NCBI GenBank assembly: GCA_963700635.1 | Contig: CAVOYH010000003.1 | Coordinates: 928,001 to 992,000 of the forward strand | Source of the DNA: an uncultured Bacteroidota bacterium | GTDB taxonomy: Bacteria > Bacteroidota > Ignavibacteria > UBA10030 > UBA6906 | Reading direction: 5' to 3' | DNA length: 64,000 bases | Part shown: piece after piece, positions 51,163-61,121 of the stretch | Numbering within the stretch: the first letter of the stretch is position 1 | Layout: every line of letters starts with the position of its first letter | Program-made: the position numbers and the translations under genes | Notes under the pieces: generated by a model | What the model saw: only the letters and a program-made list of their open reading frames with translations | Told to the model about the DNA's origin: nothing | The model's database searches: none

Positions 51163-51453
51163 ATGGCTTCACGGATACGACGTCAGCGAAAGACATTTTG
51201 TACCGAATGTGGGGCAGATCTGGATAACTTCTGGCTTTCCCACACTTCCGCCAATTATGTGGAGGTTTTGAAACACCATTTGGAATGTCAGCGCACCGGG
51301 CGATTTAAAGGGTCCCTGTGTTCCCAGCTGTTTATCGTTGATGGAGGGACTCCGGATCCCCAGAAAACCCCCAAACCTCTCCCGCCAACCAAACACGCCG
51401 CTCTAAAAAAAGCCATCCTGAAAAAAATCAAATCCCGGGACAAACAATCATAG
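51163..51453 (+). CDS. Small Cys/His-containing hypothetical protein
   Basis: GGAGG SD; CTECG, HHLEC, SLC; basic tail. Confidence 0.6.
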   Translation: MASRIRRQRKTFCTECGADLDNFWLSHTSANYVEVLKHHLECQRTGRFKGSLCSQLFIVDGGTPDPQKTPKPLPPTKHAALKKAILKKIKSRDKQS

Positions 51454-51475
51454 TCAGGCAATCTGGGTGCAGTTT

Positions 51476-53626
51476 CTACTTCCTTTTTTTCGGTGCTGAC
51501 GGTATGTAGTACCGTTTCGCGTAGTCTACGACCATCCGATCTGTATTAAACACGGGGATAAGCGATGCCATGGCATGCCGCACCCGTTTGAGCCAGTGAT
51601 GGGGTATTTTGTCTTTTCCCCGATCGTAATACAGAGGAATCACCTGGTTTTCCAGAACCGCTCGCAACGACGCAGCGTCCAGGTCATCCTGTAACTGATC
51701 GGAGCTTGCTGTTGTATCTTCGCCGATCTTCCACCCGTTCCGTCCGTCATACGCCTCCCTCCACCAGCCGTCCATGGTGCTCAGGTTCAGTCCCCCGTGC
51801 ATCATGGCCTTCATCCCGCTGGTTCCGCATGCTTCCATCGGTCGCCGGGGTGTATTCAGCCAGACGTCGGCGCCGGAGACAAGATAGCGGGCTACGTTGA
51901 TGTCGTAGTCTTCGAGAAAGACCACACGTCCGAAAAGGTCCACTCGCCGCGCGATGTTGATGATTTCCTGTATGTAGTGTTTTCCGGCGTCGTCACGCGG
52001 ATGCGCTTTTCCGGCGAAGATGATCTGGACTGGCTGTTCTTTGTTCGTAAGCACCCGGATGGCCCAGCCCAGATCGCGGAAGAGCAATGGTGCGCGTTTG
52101 TATGTGGCGAACCGCCGGGCAAACCCGATGGTGAGAACGTCGGGTGAAAGCACATTGTCATAGAGCCCGATGTCATCTGGATTGTGCCGCAGATTCTGTT
52201 CGCGGAGACGTTTGCGTGCAAATTCCACCAGCTCACGACGTAATGAAGTGCGCAGAGCCCAGAGCTCCTGGTCGGAAATCTTCTTTGATTCCAGTGCCGC
52301 ATGCCAGTACCGCGCATCACGGAATTTGTCGATCCATTTCGGACCCAGATGTGTCGTCCAGAACTGCGATGCGGTCGGAGATGTCCAGCCCGTAATATGC
52401 ACGCCATTCGTGACATGTCCGATGGGCACTTTGCTTACCGGCGTGTCCGGGTAGAGATCGTTCCACATTTCCCGGCTGGTGCGCCCATGCAATTCGCTCA
52501 CACCATTTGCGGCATGGCACATCTTCAGGGCAAGCACTGTCATCGTAAATGGGTCGGCGGTGTTTTCGGGCTGAACGCGTCCGTATCGCATGATGTCTTC
52601 GATCGACATCCCCATGGTAGAAACAAATGGGCCCAGGTTCGTTTCCATAAGTGGGCGGTCAAACCGGTCGTGACCTGCGGGAACGGGCGTATGTGTTGTG
52701 AACACGCAGCGCTTCTTGACGAAGGCCTCTGCTTCGGGTAACGACTTTTTGGCATTGAGTTGCTCTCTGAGCAGCTCCAGAGTCAGAAAAGCGGAATGTC
52801 CCTCGTTCATATGAAACACGGAGGGGTGGATGTCAAGTTTGCGGAGCAAACGCACACCCCCGATGCCCAGAAGAATCTCCTGGCCAATGCGGTTGGTCTG
52901 ATCGCCACCGTACACATGTGCCGAGAGATCCCGATAGAATTGACTGTTCTGGGGAAGATCAGTGTCAAGCAAATACACGCGAATACGTCCGACCTCAATG
53001 GCCCACGCCTGAAAATCCACCGACGTGTTGCCGATGGGGACGCTGCAGACAACACGATTTCCCTTTTTGTCGGTAATGGGCCGGAGGGGGAGGCGTGCCG
53101 GATCGTAGGTGGGATACCATTCCTGTTGCCATCCATCCCGGCTGGTTTGCTGGCGGAAATACCCCTGCCGGTAAAAAATGCTGATGCCGATGAAGGGAAG
53201 ACCCAGATCGCTGGCCGACTTGGCATGATCACCCGCAAGAATCCCGAGACCCCCGGAGTAAATGCGGAGACTTTCATGAAGACCGAACTCTGCGCTAAAA
53301 TAGGCGATCGACGAATTCTTTAGCGAAGGAGCATACTTACGGGCCCAGGTGTTCTTTTCCTTCATGTAGGAACGGTAGCTTCTGCAAACGCTGTCAACGC
53401 GAGAAAAGAACTCAGGATTTTGAAGCCGGCCCTTCAGTTCAGGACCGGATATCCAGTTCATCACTTCTACGGCATTGTGCTTGCTGTCTTCCCAGAAGAA
53501 CGGGGAGAGCTCCTGGAAAATACGTTGTGATGCTGGATTCCATGACCGCCAGAGGTTGTAGGCGAGATCATTCAGCTCATGGACCAATGTGTCGATCTGT
53601 TTCTCGGAGATCCGTTTGCTAGCCAC
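51476..53626 (-). CDS. glgP: Alpha-glucan phosphorylase
   Basis: YSGGLGILAGD, HMNEGH, FARRFATYKR, EACGTSGMK (PLP lysine). Confidence 0.95.
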   Translation of the reverse strand: MASKRISEKQIDTLVHELNDLAYNLWRSWNPASQRIFQELSPFFWEDSKHNAVEVMNWISGPELKGRLQNPEFFSRVDSVCRSYRSYMKEKNTWARKYAPSLKNSSIAYFSAEFGLHESLRIYSGGLGILAGDHAKSASDLGLPFIGISIFYRQGYFRQQTSRDGWQQEWYPTYDPARLPLRPITDKKGNRVVCSVPIGNTSVDFQAWAIEVGRIRVYLLDTDLPQNSQFYRDLSAHVYGGDQTNRIGQEILLGIGGVRLLRKLDIHPSVFHMNEGHSAFLTLELLREQLNAKKSLPEAEAFVKKRCVFTTHTPVPAGHDRFDRPLMETNLGPFVSTMGMSIEDIMRYGRVQPENTADPFTMTVLALKMCHAANGVSELHGRTSREMWNDLYPDTPVSKVPIGHVTNGVHITGWTSPTASQFWTTHLGPKWIDKFRDARYWHAALESKKISDQELWALRTSLRRELVEFARKRLREQNLRHNPDDIGLYDNVLSPDVLTIGFARRFATYKRAPLLFRDLGWAIRVLTNKEQPVQIIFAGKAHPRDDAGKHYIQEIINIARRVDLFGRVVFLEDYDINVARYLVSGADVWLNTPRRPMEACGTSGMKAMMHGGLNLSTMDGWWREAYDGRNGWKIGEDTTASSDQLQDDLDAASLRAVLENQVIPLYYDRGKDKIPHHWLKRVRHAMASLIPVFNTDRMVVDYAKRYYIPSAPKKRK

Positions 53627-53785
53627 GGCCTGAAAGGCTCCTTGATTATTTGAAAGACAAAATATATGGAATTACGTAAGAAATTCCAATGTTTGAACCG
53701 AGCAAAATTCGCAATCCTGCTGCCTACTATTAGCCACGTGCACCCGACACTCGCCTGAACGGATGTGATTGATTCAATTCGGCAC

Positions 53786-53810
53786 AAAAAGGGGCTTCTT
53801 CGGAGCGCCT
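53786..53810 (-). terminator. Possible intrinsic terminator
   Basis: Minus strand AGGCGCTCCGAAGAAGCCCCTTTTT, imperfect stem plus T-run. Confidence 0.4.
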
Positions 53811-53898
53811 GATCACACCCCGGCCGCCCATGGGATCGGTTAATGCAAAGATTGTGCCGCAGGAAAAGAACAGCCGGAACCGGTTTTGCAGTAAGTAC

Positions 53899-56217
53899 TT
53901 AGAATATGGGCGCGACCCACAGAGTAAACCGGAACGTATGTGGTGCGCTCAGACGCCATGTGAAGTCTGTCCGGAAAAGATCGAATATTCGGCTCAATCC
54001 AAACCCCGTTTCAGCGTACAACCCATCCGTCAGGTGGTGCGACAAGCCACGATCGCGCCAGGTCCGGGCCACACCCCCGTGAACGAGTAACTCTATGTTG
54101 TTTTCGTACAGAAATGGGATTCCGAGGGCGAGGAACGGGAGGGTCCGGAAGTTGTGCTCCGCCCGGAGTGCGATGTAGCCCGTGCCCCCAAATTCTTTGA
54201 CGTTCATTCCCCGCATCACGCCTGCCGGACCATCTCCACTGAATGAGGATTCAATGTTAAATCCCCGCTGGAGCGGCAGCTGCCCTCTTGATTCCCCCAC
54301 ATCAATAAAGACCGTAAACCCCGGCCGGAAGAGCTGTCTCGGCGCAAATGTTGGAATAACCAGCGTCGCGTTCGCTTCATAGCGTGTGAAATCAAATGCA
54401 CTCGAGGCGATGGAAGGAGAAGAGTATTCAATCCGGAATGTGACTGCAGTACGGACGATCAGGCCAAAGGGAACCGGAGCTTCTCCCAGGCGCGCCTCGA
54501 TCTGCATGCTCCTGAGGTTTCCTTCTTGGATCGCCGGATTTTCTCGGAATGGCCTGGAGGGGGAGAAGATGGAAAATCCGGTGTTCGTGGTGACGGACGC
54601 ATGCGTTTCGTTGATGAACGAAAGGGTCCACGCCAGCGTGCGCGCCGGTGCGTGTGTGATGTAGGCCCTCCACCCCTTTGCACTGTGGTAGTCCCGGTAA
54701 TCATTCTTGTCAAGAAGTGCACCCAGTGTGTTGGCGAACGAACCATAGTAGTCATGATCCGGCCGGTAACCCAGACGCCTGTAGAATTCACCCCCAAGAC
54801 CGAATGTACGAGAATCTGAAGTGTAGACGGTAGCGCCGAATTCGTGCTTCAGTTGTTTATCAGAGAATCCATAGGCCGCACCCCCATACACCATGACGGA
54901 AGGGATGTCGCGCTGAGTATTGTAGGATGCACCCAGGTGAAGCCCTTCTACTCTGTTGAACGACACGTCCAGAATGTTCAGAAGAGTTCCGGCAATACCG
55001 GCGTTGCCGCCCAGAGTGGCGGAAATGCCGCCGGGACGAAACTGCACCTCAAGGGTCTGTGTGCTGTCGAGCGAGGCGTACGCGTTCTTTTCTGTTTGCG
55101 AGAGCGGCAGGACCTTGTTGTCCACCCAGAACGTCGAATCGTATCGCGTGGCGCTGGAATCGACCGTCAACCGGGGCTTCGCAAAGATACTATCGGGAAG
55201 TTGAATGTTAACGGCGTAATTGGAGAGTACAGAGGTCTGCTCGAAACCGAACGGGGGGAATGAAAACCCGGCGAAACTGATTTTCGCCCGGGCGGTGATC
55301 CTGATATCCACGGGAAGCCAGAACTCGTCCTGGTACAGGGCAAATTGTTGTCGGTACCGCAACGCCTTTTCCTTGACGAAGGGAATCACAAAGGCCTCGT
55401 TCGGCACAACATCCACGCCCATGAGCGCGTAGGAATTGTCGGCGATGCGAAGCGTACCTTCAAACAGCGGTACCGTCCGGGTGGTCGGTTTCATCCGGAT
55501 GACAAAAACATCCTGGCCGCGGGATCGTTCTGTCTTAAGTAAAGTGTAGTCATAATAGTCAAGCGCGACGACCGATGTCGGGCCGACAAAGGTGTACCCC
55601 AGAAATCGGACGTCGTCCTCGTTAAAATTGAGAATACGTCCGACGGATGCAAGGTTGAACGATTTTTTGATGTTGGCAGTTTGTCTTCGCTGGAGAACCA
55701 CTTCGCGAAGGGTGTCTCCCTGCTGCCAGTACGCGCGTGTGAATGACTCGGTGATGCTCGCGATGGCGGTGTCGCGCTGGAGTACCTGCCGGGTAAATGC
55801 GTCGCACTGATACGTCGCCAGGCGGTCGATCCAGCGTCGTTTGTGTGCAATGGCGCGGCGGATAATCTCGATTGCCGGATCTTCGGATGAGATCACTACT
55901 TCGGGCAGTACAATCTCGGCAGGTTCGAGAGAGACATCGTGGGACGTTAACCCTGCAACATGGACGGTGGATGTGTCGGGGCGGTACCCAAGCATGCGCA
56001 CAACAACAGTGTACGTGCCGGGGTCAATCTGGAGAGTATATTCCCCACCCGTTCCGGTGATGGTGCCGCGTGGAGTTCCGGTTATCCGGATGTGTGCCGA
56101 TGGGAGAGGATCAGAAGTGGCCCTGTCACGGACGTGCCCGTGCAGAGACGATCGTTCTGCACCAAACACGCACAGTGGCGTGTACACGAGGAGAATCAGA
56201 GAGAGAATGCACCTCAT
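53899..56217 (-). CDS. Carboxypeptidase-regulatory-like domain + DUF5686-type outer-membrane protein
   Basis: GHVRDRATSDPLPSA..GTIT..GEY..LGY; IIRRAIA; FWLP; FNRVEG; terminal Phe. Confidence 0.8.
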   Translation of the reverse strand: MRCILSLILLVYTPLCVFGAERSSLHGHVRDRATSDPLPSAHIRITGTPRGTITGTGGEYTLQIDPGTYTVVVRMLGYRPDTSTVHVAGLTSHDVSLEPAEIVLPEVVISSEDPAIEIIRRAIAHKRRWIDRLATYQCDAFTRQVLQRDTAIASITESFTRAYWQQGDTLREVVLQRRQTANIKKSFNLASVGRILNFNEDDVRFLGYTFVGPTSVVALDYYDYTLLKTERSRGQDVFVIRMKPTTRTVPLFEGTLRIADNSYALMGVDVVPNEAFVIPFVKEKALRYRQQFALYQDEFWLPVDIRITARAKISFAGFSFPPFGFEQTSVLSNYAVNIQLPDSIFAKPRLTVDSSATRYDSTFWVDNKVLPLSQTEKNAYASLDSTQTLEVQFRPGGISATLGGNAGIAGTLLNILDVSFNRVEGLHLGASYNTQRDIPSVMVYGGAAYGFSDKQLKHEFGATVYTSDSRTFGLGGEFYRRLGYRPDHDYYGSFANTLGALLDKNDYRDYHSAKGWRAYITHAPARTLAWTLSFINETHASVTTNTGFSIFSPSRPFRENPAIQEGNLRSMQIEARLGEAPVPFGLIVRTAVTFRIEYSSPSIASSAFDFTRYEANATLVIPTFAPRQLFRPGFTVFIDVGESRGQLPLQRGFNIESSFSGDGPAGVMRGMNVKEFGGTGYIALRAEHNFRTLPFLALGIPFLYENNIELLVHGGVARTWRDRGLSHHLTDGLYAETGFGLSRIFDLFRTDFTWRLSAPHTFRFTLWVAPIF

Positions 56218-56230
56218 CAGGGAGGCGTGT

Positions 56231-56683
56231 TTACCGTTTGATTGATGGAGGGATCTCCTTGTTGCCGAAGGTGCGGGGCTTGCTCGATGCCTGCTCCCAC
56301 ATCTGGCGCTCCTTAGCCGAACGTTGGATCTCCCGTTCCGCCTTGAGGCGCGCGAGGCGGACTTCATCGCCGCTCTTCGAGGCGACTGCGCTGCCGGCAT
56401 GTTGCTGCCTGTAGTTCTCCCACGCAGGAAGAACCGCTTTTTCGCAGGAAAGTACGCGTGCGTCGAGAGGGTCGAGCAGATAAGCCTCCATCAGGGAATC
56501 GAAGGCAAGGGCGCTCTGTCCGCTCTTTAGGTAATGTTGCGCAGCGTTGGTCAGTTTTCCAATCTGGTTCTGCATCTCAACCGGGGCATTCGGAGATTGG
56601 GATGCTGAAAGTGGCGCTGCAAAGTCCGGCCCGATTGTGACGGACAACGGTTTATTGCGGGGTGCCATGTCGCCTGTCTTCAT
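56231..56683 (-). CDS. Hypothetical protein (TPR-like helix pair plus coiled coil)
   Basis: GAGGAGG SD; AQHYLKSG..ALAFDSLMEAYLLDP. Confidence 0.55.
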   Translation of the reverse strand: MKTGDMAPRNKPLSVTIGPDFAAPLSASQSPNAPVEMQNQIGKLTNAAQHYLKSGQSALAFDSLMEAYLLDPLDARVLSCEKAVLPAWENYRQQHAGSAVASKSGDEVRLARLKAEREIQRSAKERQMWEQASSKPRTFGNKEIPPSIKR

Positions 56684-56795
56684 GTTGACCTCCTCGGCGC
56701 GATGTTCTCTGCTATAAAGATACCATCCTGGAATTGGGAAATCAAGTGCAATTGGTGGTATTGGACATCAGTCGGGAGTTCAGTACATTTCGAGC

Positions 56796-58058
56796 ATGGA
56801 TAAACCCGTCATCGTGATCGGCGCGGGAGGGGCAGGTATCATAGCTGCCTGGAAAGCGGCATCTTTGGGGGCTCCCGTAATACTTCTGGAACGGAATTCC
56901 CGGCCCGGCGTCAAAATCCTCATTTCCGGTGGCGGAAAGTGTAATATTACACACGCCGGCACCGTCGGTGAGCTTCTGGATGCCTTTTCCCGTCAGGAAA
57001 GAACATTTCTGAAACCGTCGATCCACAGATTCTCCAATGACGATATTCTCGAACTTCTTAAGAATGAGGGGATTAGCACCTCCGCCAGAGCCAACGGACG
57101 GGTTTTCCCGACTCATGGAACGGCCAAAGACGTTATGCGGGGCCTCCTTTCCACCCTGCAACGAACGGGCGTCACACTTCGCGTACACTCCCCGGTCAAA
57201 CGAATCATGTTCAAAAACAATGCCATTACGGGAGTCCGTCTGGATTCAATGGAAATGCCCACCAATCATCTGATTATTGCGACAGGGGGGAAATCGTATT
57301 CCCGGACAGGCACGACGGGGGATGGCTACGCCTGGGCAACTGAACTGGGGCATACAATCGTCCCAATACGTGCTGCGCTTGCGCCCATGGCCCTTACCCC
57401 GGCCCTGCCCCGGGAGTGGCAGGGGATTGCCATCCGCGGTTGCCGGTTGTTCGCTGTGGCATCGGACCATCGTATCGCCTCCTGGGATGGTGATGTATTA
57501 TTCACCCATGAGGGTATTTCGGGTCCTGCGGCGCTGGAAATAAGCAGAAGCGTAGCACTAGCCCTCGAATCAACTCCGGTGGGACTGTACATCGACTTTT
57601 TTCCCGGGAAGGAGTTTGACACGCTCGACAATGAGCTTAACGCGTACGTGCAATCACACCGTGCGAAAACCATCACAACGTTGCTCGATGCATGGTTACC
57701 CAACCGGATGGTGGAATCGTTTCTTGCAGGACTTGGAGTACAATCAACCACGCGTGGCCACGTCCTTTCCCGCCAGGATCGCCGGGCCATCGTGCATGGG
57801 CTCAAGGGATGGTCGATTGGAATGGTTGTGAATGTTCCTCTGGATCGTGGAGAAGTTTCCGCCGGTGGTGTGGCGCTTCACGAAGTGGACCCGAAGTCCA
57901 TGCGCTCGCGTGTGGTGAGTGGTCTCTACCTCTGCGGTGAAGTGCTGGACATCGCCGGCCCGATCGGCGGGTACAATCTCCAGGCGGCGTTCTCCACGGG
58001 GTTTGTGGCGGGGGAGAACGCGGCACTCGATTGGCATAACAGGTCCGGCAACCCATGA
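56796..58058 (+). CDS. HI0933/YhiN (BaiN-like) flavoprotein
   Basis: IGAGGAG, KILISGGGKCNITH, ATGG.SY..TGTTGDGY, GGYNLQAAFSTG. Confidence 0.93.
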   Translation: MDKPVIVIGAGGAGIIAAWKAASLGAPVILLERNSRPGVKILISGGGKCNITHAGTVGELLDAFSRQERTFLKPSIHRFSNDDILELLKNEGISTSARANGRVFPTHGTAKDVMRGLLSTLQRTGVTLRVHSPVKRIMFKNNAITGVRLDSMEMPTNHLIIATGGKSYSRTGTTGDGYAWATELGHTIVPIRAALAPMALTPALPREWQGIAIRGCRLFAVASDHRIASWDGDVLFTHEGISGPAALEISRSVALALESTPVGLYIDFFPGKEFDTLDNELNAYVQSHRAKTITTLLDAWLPNRMVESFLAGLGVQSTTRGHVLSRQDRRAIVHGLKGWSIGMVVNVPLDRGEVSAGGVALHEVDPKSMRSRVVSGLYLCGEVLDIAGPIGGYNLQAAFSTGFVAGENAALDWHNRSGNP

Positions 58059-58079
58059 ACCAGGAAAGGTGATTCGGAG

Positions 58080-58973
58080 ATGCTCACAGACAAGATTGTC
58101 ATTATTACAGGCGCATCATCGGGAATCGGAGCGGCACTGGCGGTGCAGTGCGCACAACAAGGAGCGATCCCCGTGCTTGCGGCGCGCCGCCGTGACCGGC
58201 TTGCGCACGTGGCGGATACCATTCTGCAGAACACCTCCCGACCGGCGGGTGCGCCTTCGCCCGTCCTCGTTCTGCCGGGAGATATCACCAACCGTGAATA
58301 TGCCGAAGAGCTTGTGCACACCACCGTTCGCACCTACGGCCGAATCGATGTGCTGATCAACAATGCGGGTGGGGGCCACTTCGGCAGCGTCGAAGATACA
58401 TCCGATGACATGATCCAGAAAATGTTCCGGCTCAACGTGTATCCTCTCTGGTATACGATCCGGCCGGCACTCGGGTACATGAAAAAGCAGCAGGGCGGTC
58501 ACATCGTTAATGTGGCGAGCATGGCCGGCAAGATCGCCTTTCCCTTCAACTCCGCGTACGTCGCGGCAAAACATGCAGTGGTTGGATTTACACACGCATT
58601 ACGTCTCGAACTGATGGATACGGGAATTCATGCAACGGCAGTGTGTCCGGCCGGCGTGAAGACTGCCTGGGCGGAAGTTGCCGAAGGCGGCGACATGCTG
58701 CAGTTCTTCTCCCGGTCCGGCGTCGCCATCAAACGTATCGCACAGGAACAAAACCTGTCTCTGCCCCGCGTTGAGGGGGTGCGGACAGCAGACCAGATCG
58801 CGGGGGCAATCATAGACGTTCTCCACAATCCAGTTGCCGAACTGTACACGCACAAAGGCAGTCATGAACTCGTACAGATTGGAGCGGAACGAAGGGAATC
58901 CCTGGAGGAAATCCAGCGCGCAGTAGTCCTGGGCGAGCGGGAAGTGTATGATGAGATGAAGAAAAAAACCTGA
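58080..58973 (+). CDS. Short-chain dehydrogenase/reductase
   Basis: TGASSGIG, NNAG, YVAAK. Confidence 0.93.
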   Translation: MLTDKIVIITGASSGIGAALAVQCAQQGAIPVLAARRRDRLAHVADTILQNTSRPAGAPSPVLVLPGDITNREYAEELVHTTVRTYGRIDVLINNAGGGHFGSVEDTSDDMIQKMFRLNVYPLWYTIRPALGYMKKQQGGHIVNVASMAGKIAFPFNSAYVAAKHAVVGFTHALRLELMDTGIHATAVCPAGVKTAWAEVAEGGDMLQFFSRSGVAIKRIAQEQNLSLPRVEGVRTADQIAGAIIDVLHNPVAELYTHKGSHELVQIGAERRESLEEIQRAVVLGEREVYDEMKKKT

Positions 58974-58994
58974 CGACGGTACTGCCGGCAGACG

Positions 58995-61001
58995 TTATTT
59001 CACGAGAACCATCCGCGCAACCCGGGTATCACTCCGTACGCCATTGACGGTCAGAACGCAGAAGTACACGCCGCTGGAGAGTGTGGACCCGTCCAGCACC
59101 GCCGTATAGGTGCCCACCTGGTGCATTCCACCGGCAAGAAGGGCAACATCCCTTCCCAGAATGTCAAAGACACGAAGCTGTATCTCCGCCGGTTCTGCAA
59201 CATCGTAGGCGATTGTCGTGAAGGGATTAAACGGATTCGGGTAGTTCTGATGAAGCCGTGTTCTCTGTGGCGCAGTGCCTTCCTCTGGTACTCCTGTTGG
59301 GTACGAATCTGTCAGAATAAAATCCACTCCGGAAAGCGAGAACGTATTCTGCGGGACGGTGATCGGCGCCTGCACCAGGTTAAACCTGAACCGGTCCACA
59401 AAGAGTGTGACCGACCCGCTGGAGAGGGCGTTAACGCTGTAGTGGCCGGACGGTTCGGTCAGTCCGTACCCCGCAATCGTACCATCCTGTGCACGGGCGA
59501 CAACCCGTACACCCGGCAAGCCCGATAGGCCTGCCGAAAGTACACGCCCGCTGATCCGCGTGAGTCCATTGCCCTGCAACCGGGGAAGTGTGATCGTAAG
59601 TGCCGCGGAATTCCCATTCACAACCACGGTATCGGCATCCAGCCATGACACGCTGGACATGCCGGCTCTGTAGTATGCCGCTGAGTAATCACTGTATGGA
59701 ACAGCGAGGATGTTGTAGGTTCCGGCCGGGATGTCGTTACTTTCGAATGTTCCCGTTGAATCCGTGAAGACAAATACGGTCGGCCGGTCATTGCCGCCCT
59801 TCGGGCGGGGAAAGAGGATAATCCGTGCCGGAACCTCGCTTCCGTCCTCATCCTGGACGGTCCCCTGCATGGAGCCGGTTCCTCCTTCCACAGGAGTCAG
59901 GCTGAAGTTTATACCACTTGTGTCGCCCCGGATGGTGAGGAGCGCTGCCTGTGTGGGATCGGACGTGTTGTCATATGCTTCGGGGTAGAAACCATCCTTC
60001 GCTGCCAGTGCAACGTACTGTCTTCCACTCAGGACCTGTGCAAAAAATTTCCCCGAGGGATTCGTATATCCCACCCAGACAACACCGCGGGAATAGCCTA
60101 TGCCGGGGATTATTTTCTCTTCCACCCCTATGCCCGGTGTGCTTGCGGATATCGTAGCATACTCATTCATCTCCTGAATGGGCCGAACGAGGGCGACCGC
60201 GGCACCACCGAGCGGCGATCCGTCGGCATCCGTGACAAGTCCGCTTACATATGCGTAAGGAGCCGGCGTGAGAGGTGAAAGCCAAAAATCTATGCGCGTG
60301 GTATCTTCCAGTCTCACAACAACCGGGTGTGCGGTTTCAGGCGTGGAAGCGTCGTCATACCATTCCGCCATATGATGGGGCGCCGCAACGGTGATGGCAA
60401 GTTCTTCCGCTTTTACGAGGTAGGAGCCCGTATCCAGAACGGCGACAAAGCCACCTGCCGGGTCAGTCGATGTTTCCACGGTGCGGTTTGGTGCAACGAG
60501 TACCTTGAAGAATCGAATCCGGACTTTTGAAATCGGGAGGCCGCTGACCTGATCAAGCACCCTGCCGGCGATGATGCCTTTGGGTCCCGGAGGGAGTGCG
60601 TACGCGCGAACCCCGGCAATGTTGCTCCGTCCGCTTTCGCGTAAAATGCTGTCGGCAAACACGGCGGCGGAGACATAATAGTGGTAGAGTACTCCCGGAT
60701 TTACGGTCCGGTCTTCAAACTTGGTCGTCTGGGCGATTCCAATCCACTGAAAGGCGCTTGTATCGCCAGTGGAGCGGTACACCTTGAAGAACCATCCTCC
60801 TGCCGGACTGCTCCATGAGAGCAGAACCCGCGGTTGGAGTTCAGCGGGAGATTGGGCAACAAGGTTTTCCGGTGCGGGCAGCGAGGTGTTTTGAGCCAGG
60901 GTGTTGCCGGCTAGAACAACCACCAGCACGACGGTGACCCTCAGCCTGCGCAACGTTCCGCTCGATCGTATGGAGGGTTCTCTGACCACAGGTTCACCCA
61001 T
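58995..61001 (-). CDS. T9SS cargo: FN3-like + carboxypeptidase-regulatory-like repeats + C-terminal sorting domain
   Basis: PAPENL..LSW..VYRS..YYV; repeated SG.V.D..G.P; QNYPNPFNP. Confidence 0.82.
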   Translation of the reverse strand: MGEPVVREPSIRSSGTLRRLRVTVVLVVVLAGNTLAQNTSLPAPENLVAQSPAELQPRVLLSWSSPAGGWFFKVYRSTGDTSAFQWIGIAQTTKFEDRTVNPGVLYHYYVSAAVFADSILRESGRSNIAGVRAYALPPGPKGIIAGRVLDQVSGLPISKVRIRFFKVLVAPNRTVETSTDPAGGFVAVLDTGSYLVKAEELAITVAAPHHMAEWYDDASTPETAHPVVVRLEDTTRIDFWLSPLTPAPYAYVSGLVTDADGSPLGGAAVALVRPIQEMNEYATISASTPGIGVEEKIIPGIGYSRGVVWVGYTNPSGKFFAQVLSGRQYVALAAKDGFYPEAYDNTSDPTQAALLTIRGDTSGINFSLTPVEGGTGSMQGTVQDEDGSEVPARIILFPRPKGGNDRPTVFVFTDSTGTFESNDIPAGTYNILAVPYSDYSAAYYRAGMSSVSWLDADTVVVNGNSAALTITLPRLQGNGLTRISGRVLSAGLSGLPGVRVVARAQDGTIAGYGLTEPSGHYSVNALSSGSVTLFVDRFRFNLVQAPITVPQNTFSLSGVDFILTDSYPTGVPEEGTAPQRTRLHQNYPNPFNPFTTIAYDVAEPAEIQLRVFDILGRDVALLAGGMHQVGTYTAVLDGSTLSSGVYFCVLTVNGVRSDTRVARMVLVK

Positions 61002-61121
61002 CGGATGCAGAGCACGCGAAATGAACTGTCGAACGATATTCCGCGTGCTCTGTGAACGTACTATTCTCGCTTTTCCTGCTCCTGCAGAACCTCTCGTCCT
61101 CAGACGGAGAGGAAGAGCGTA

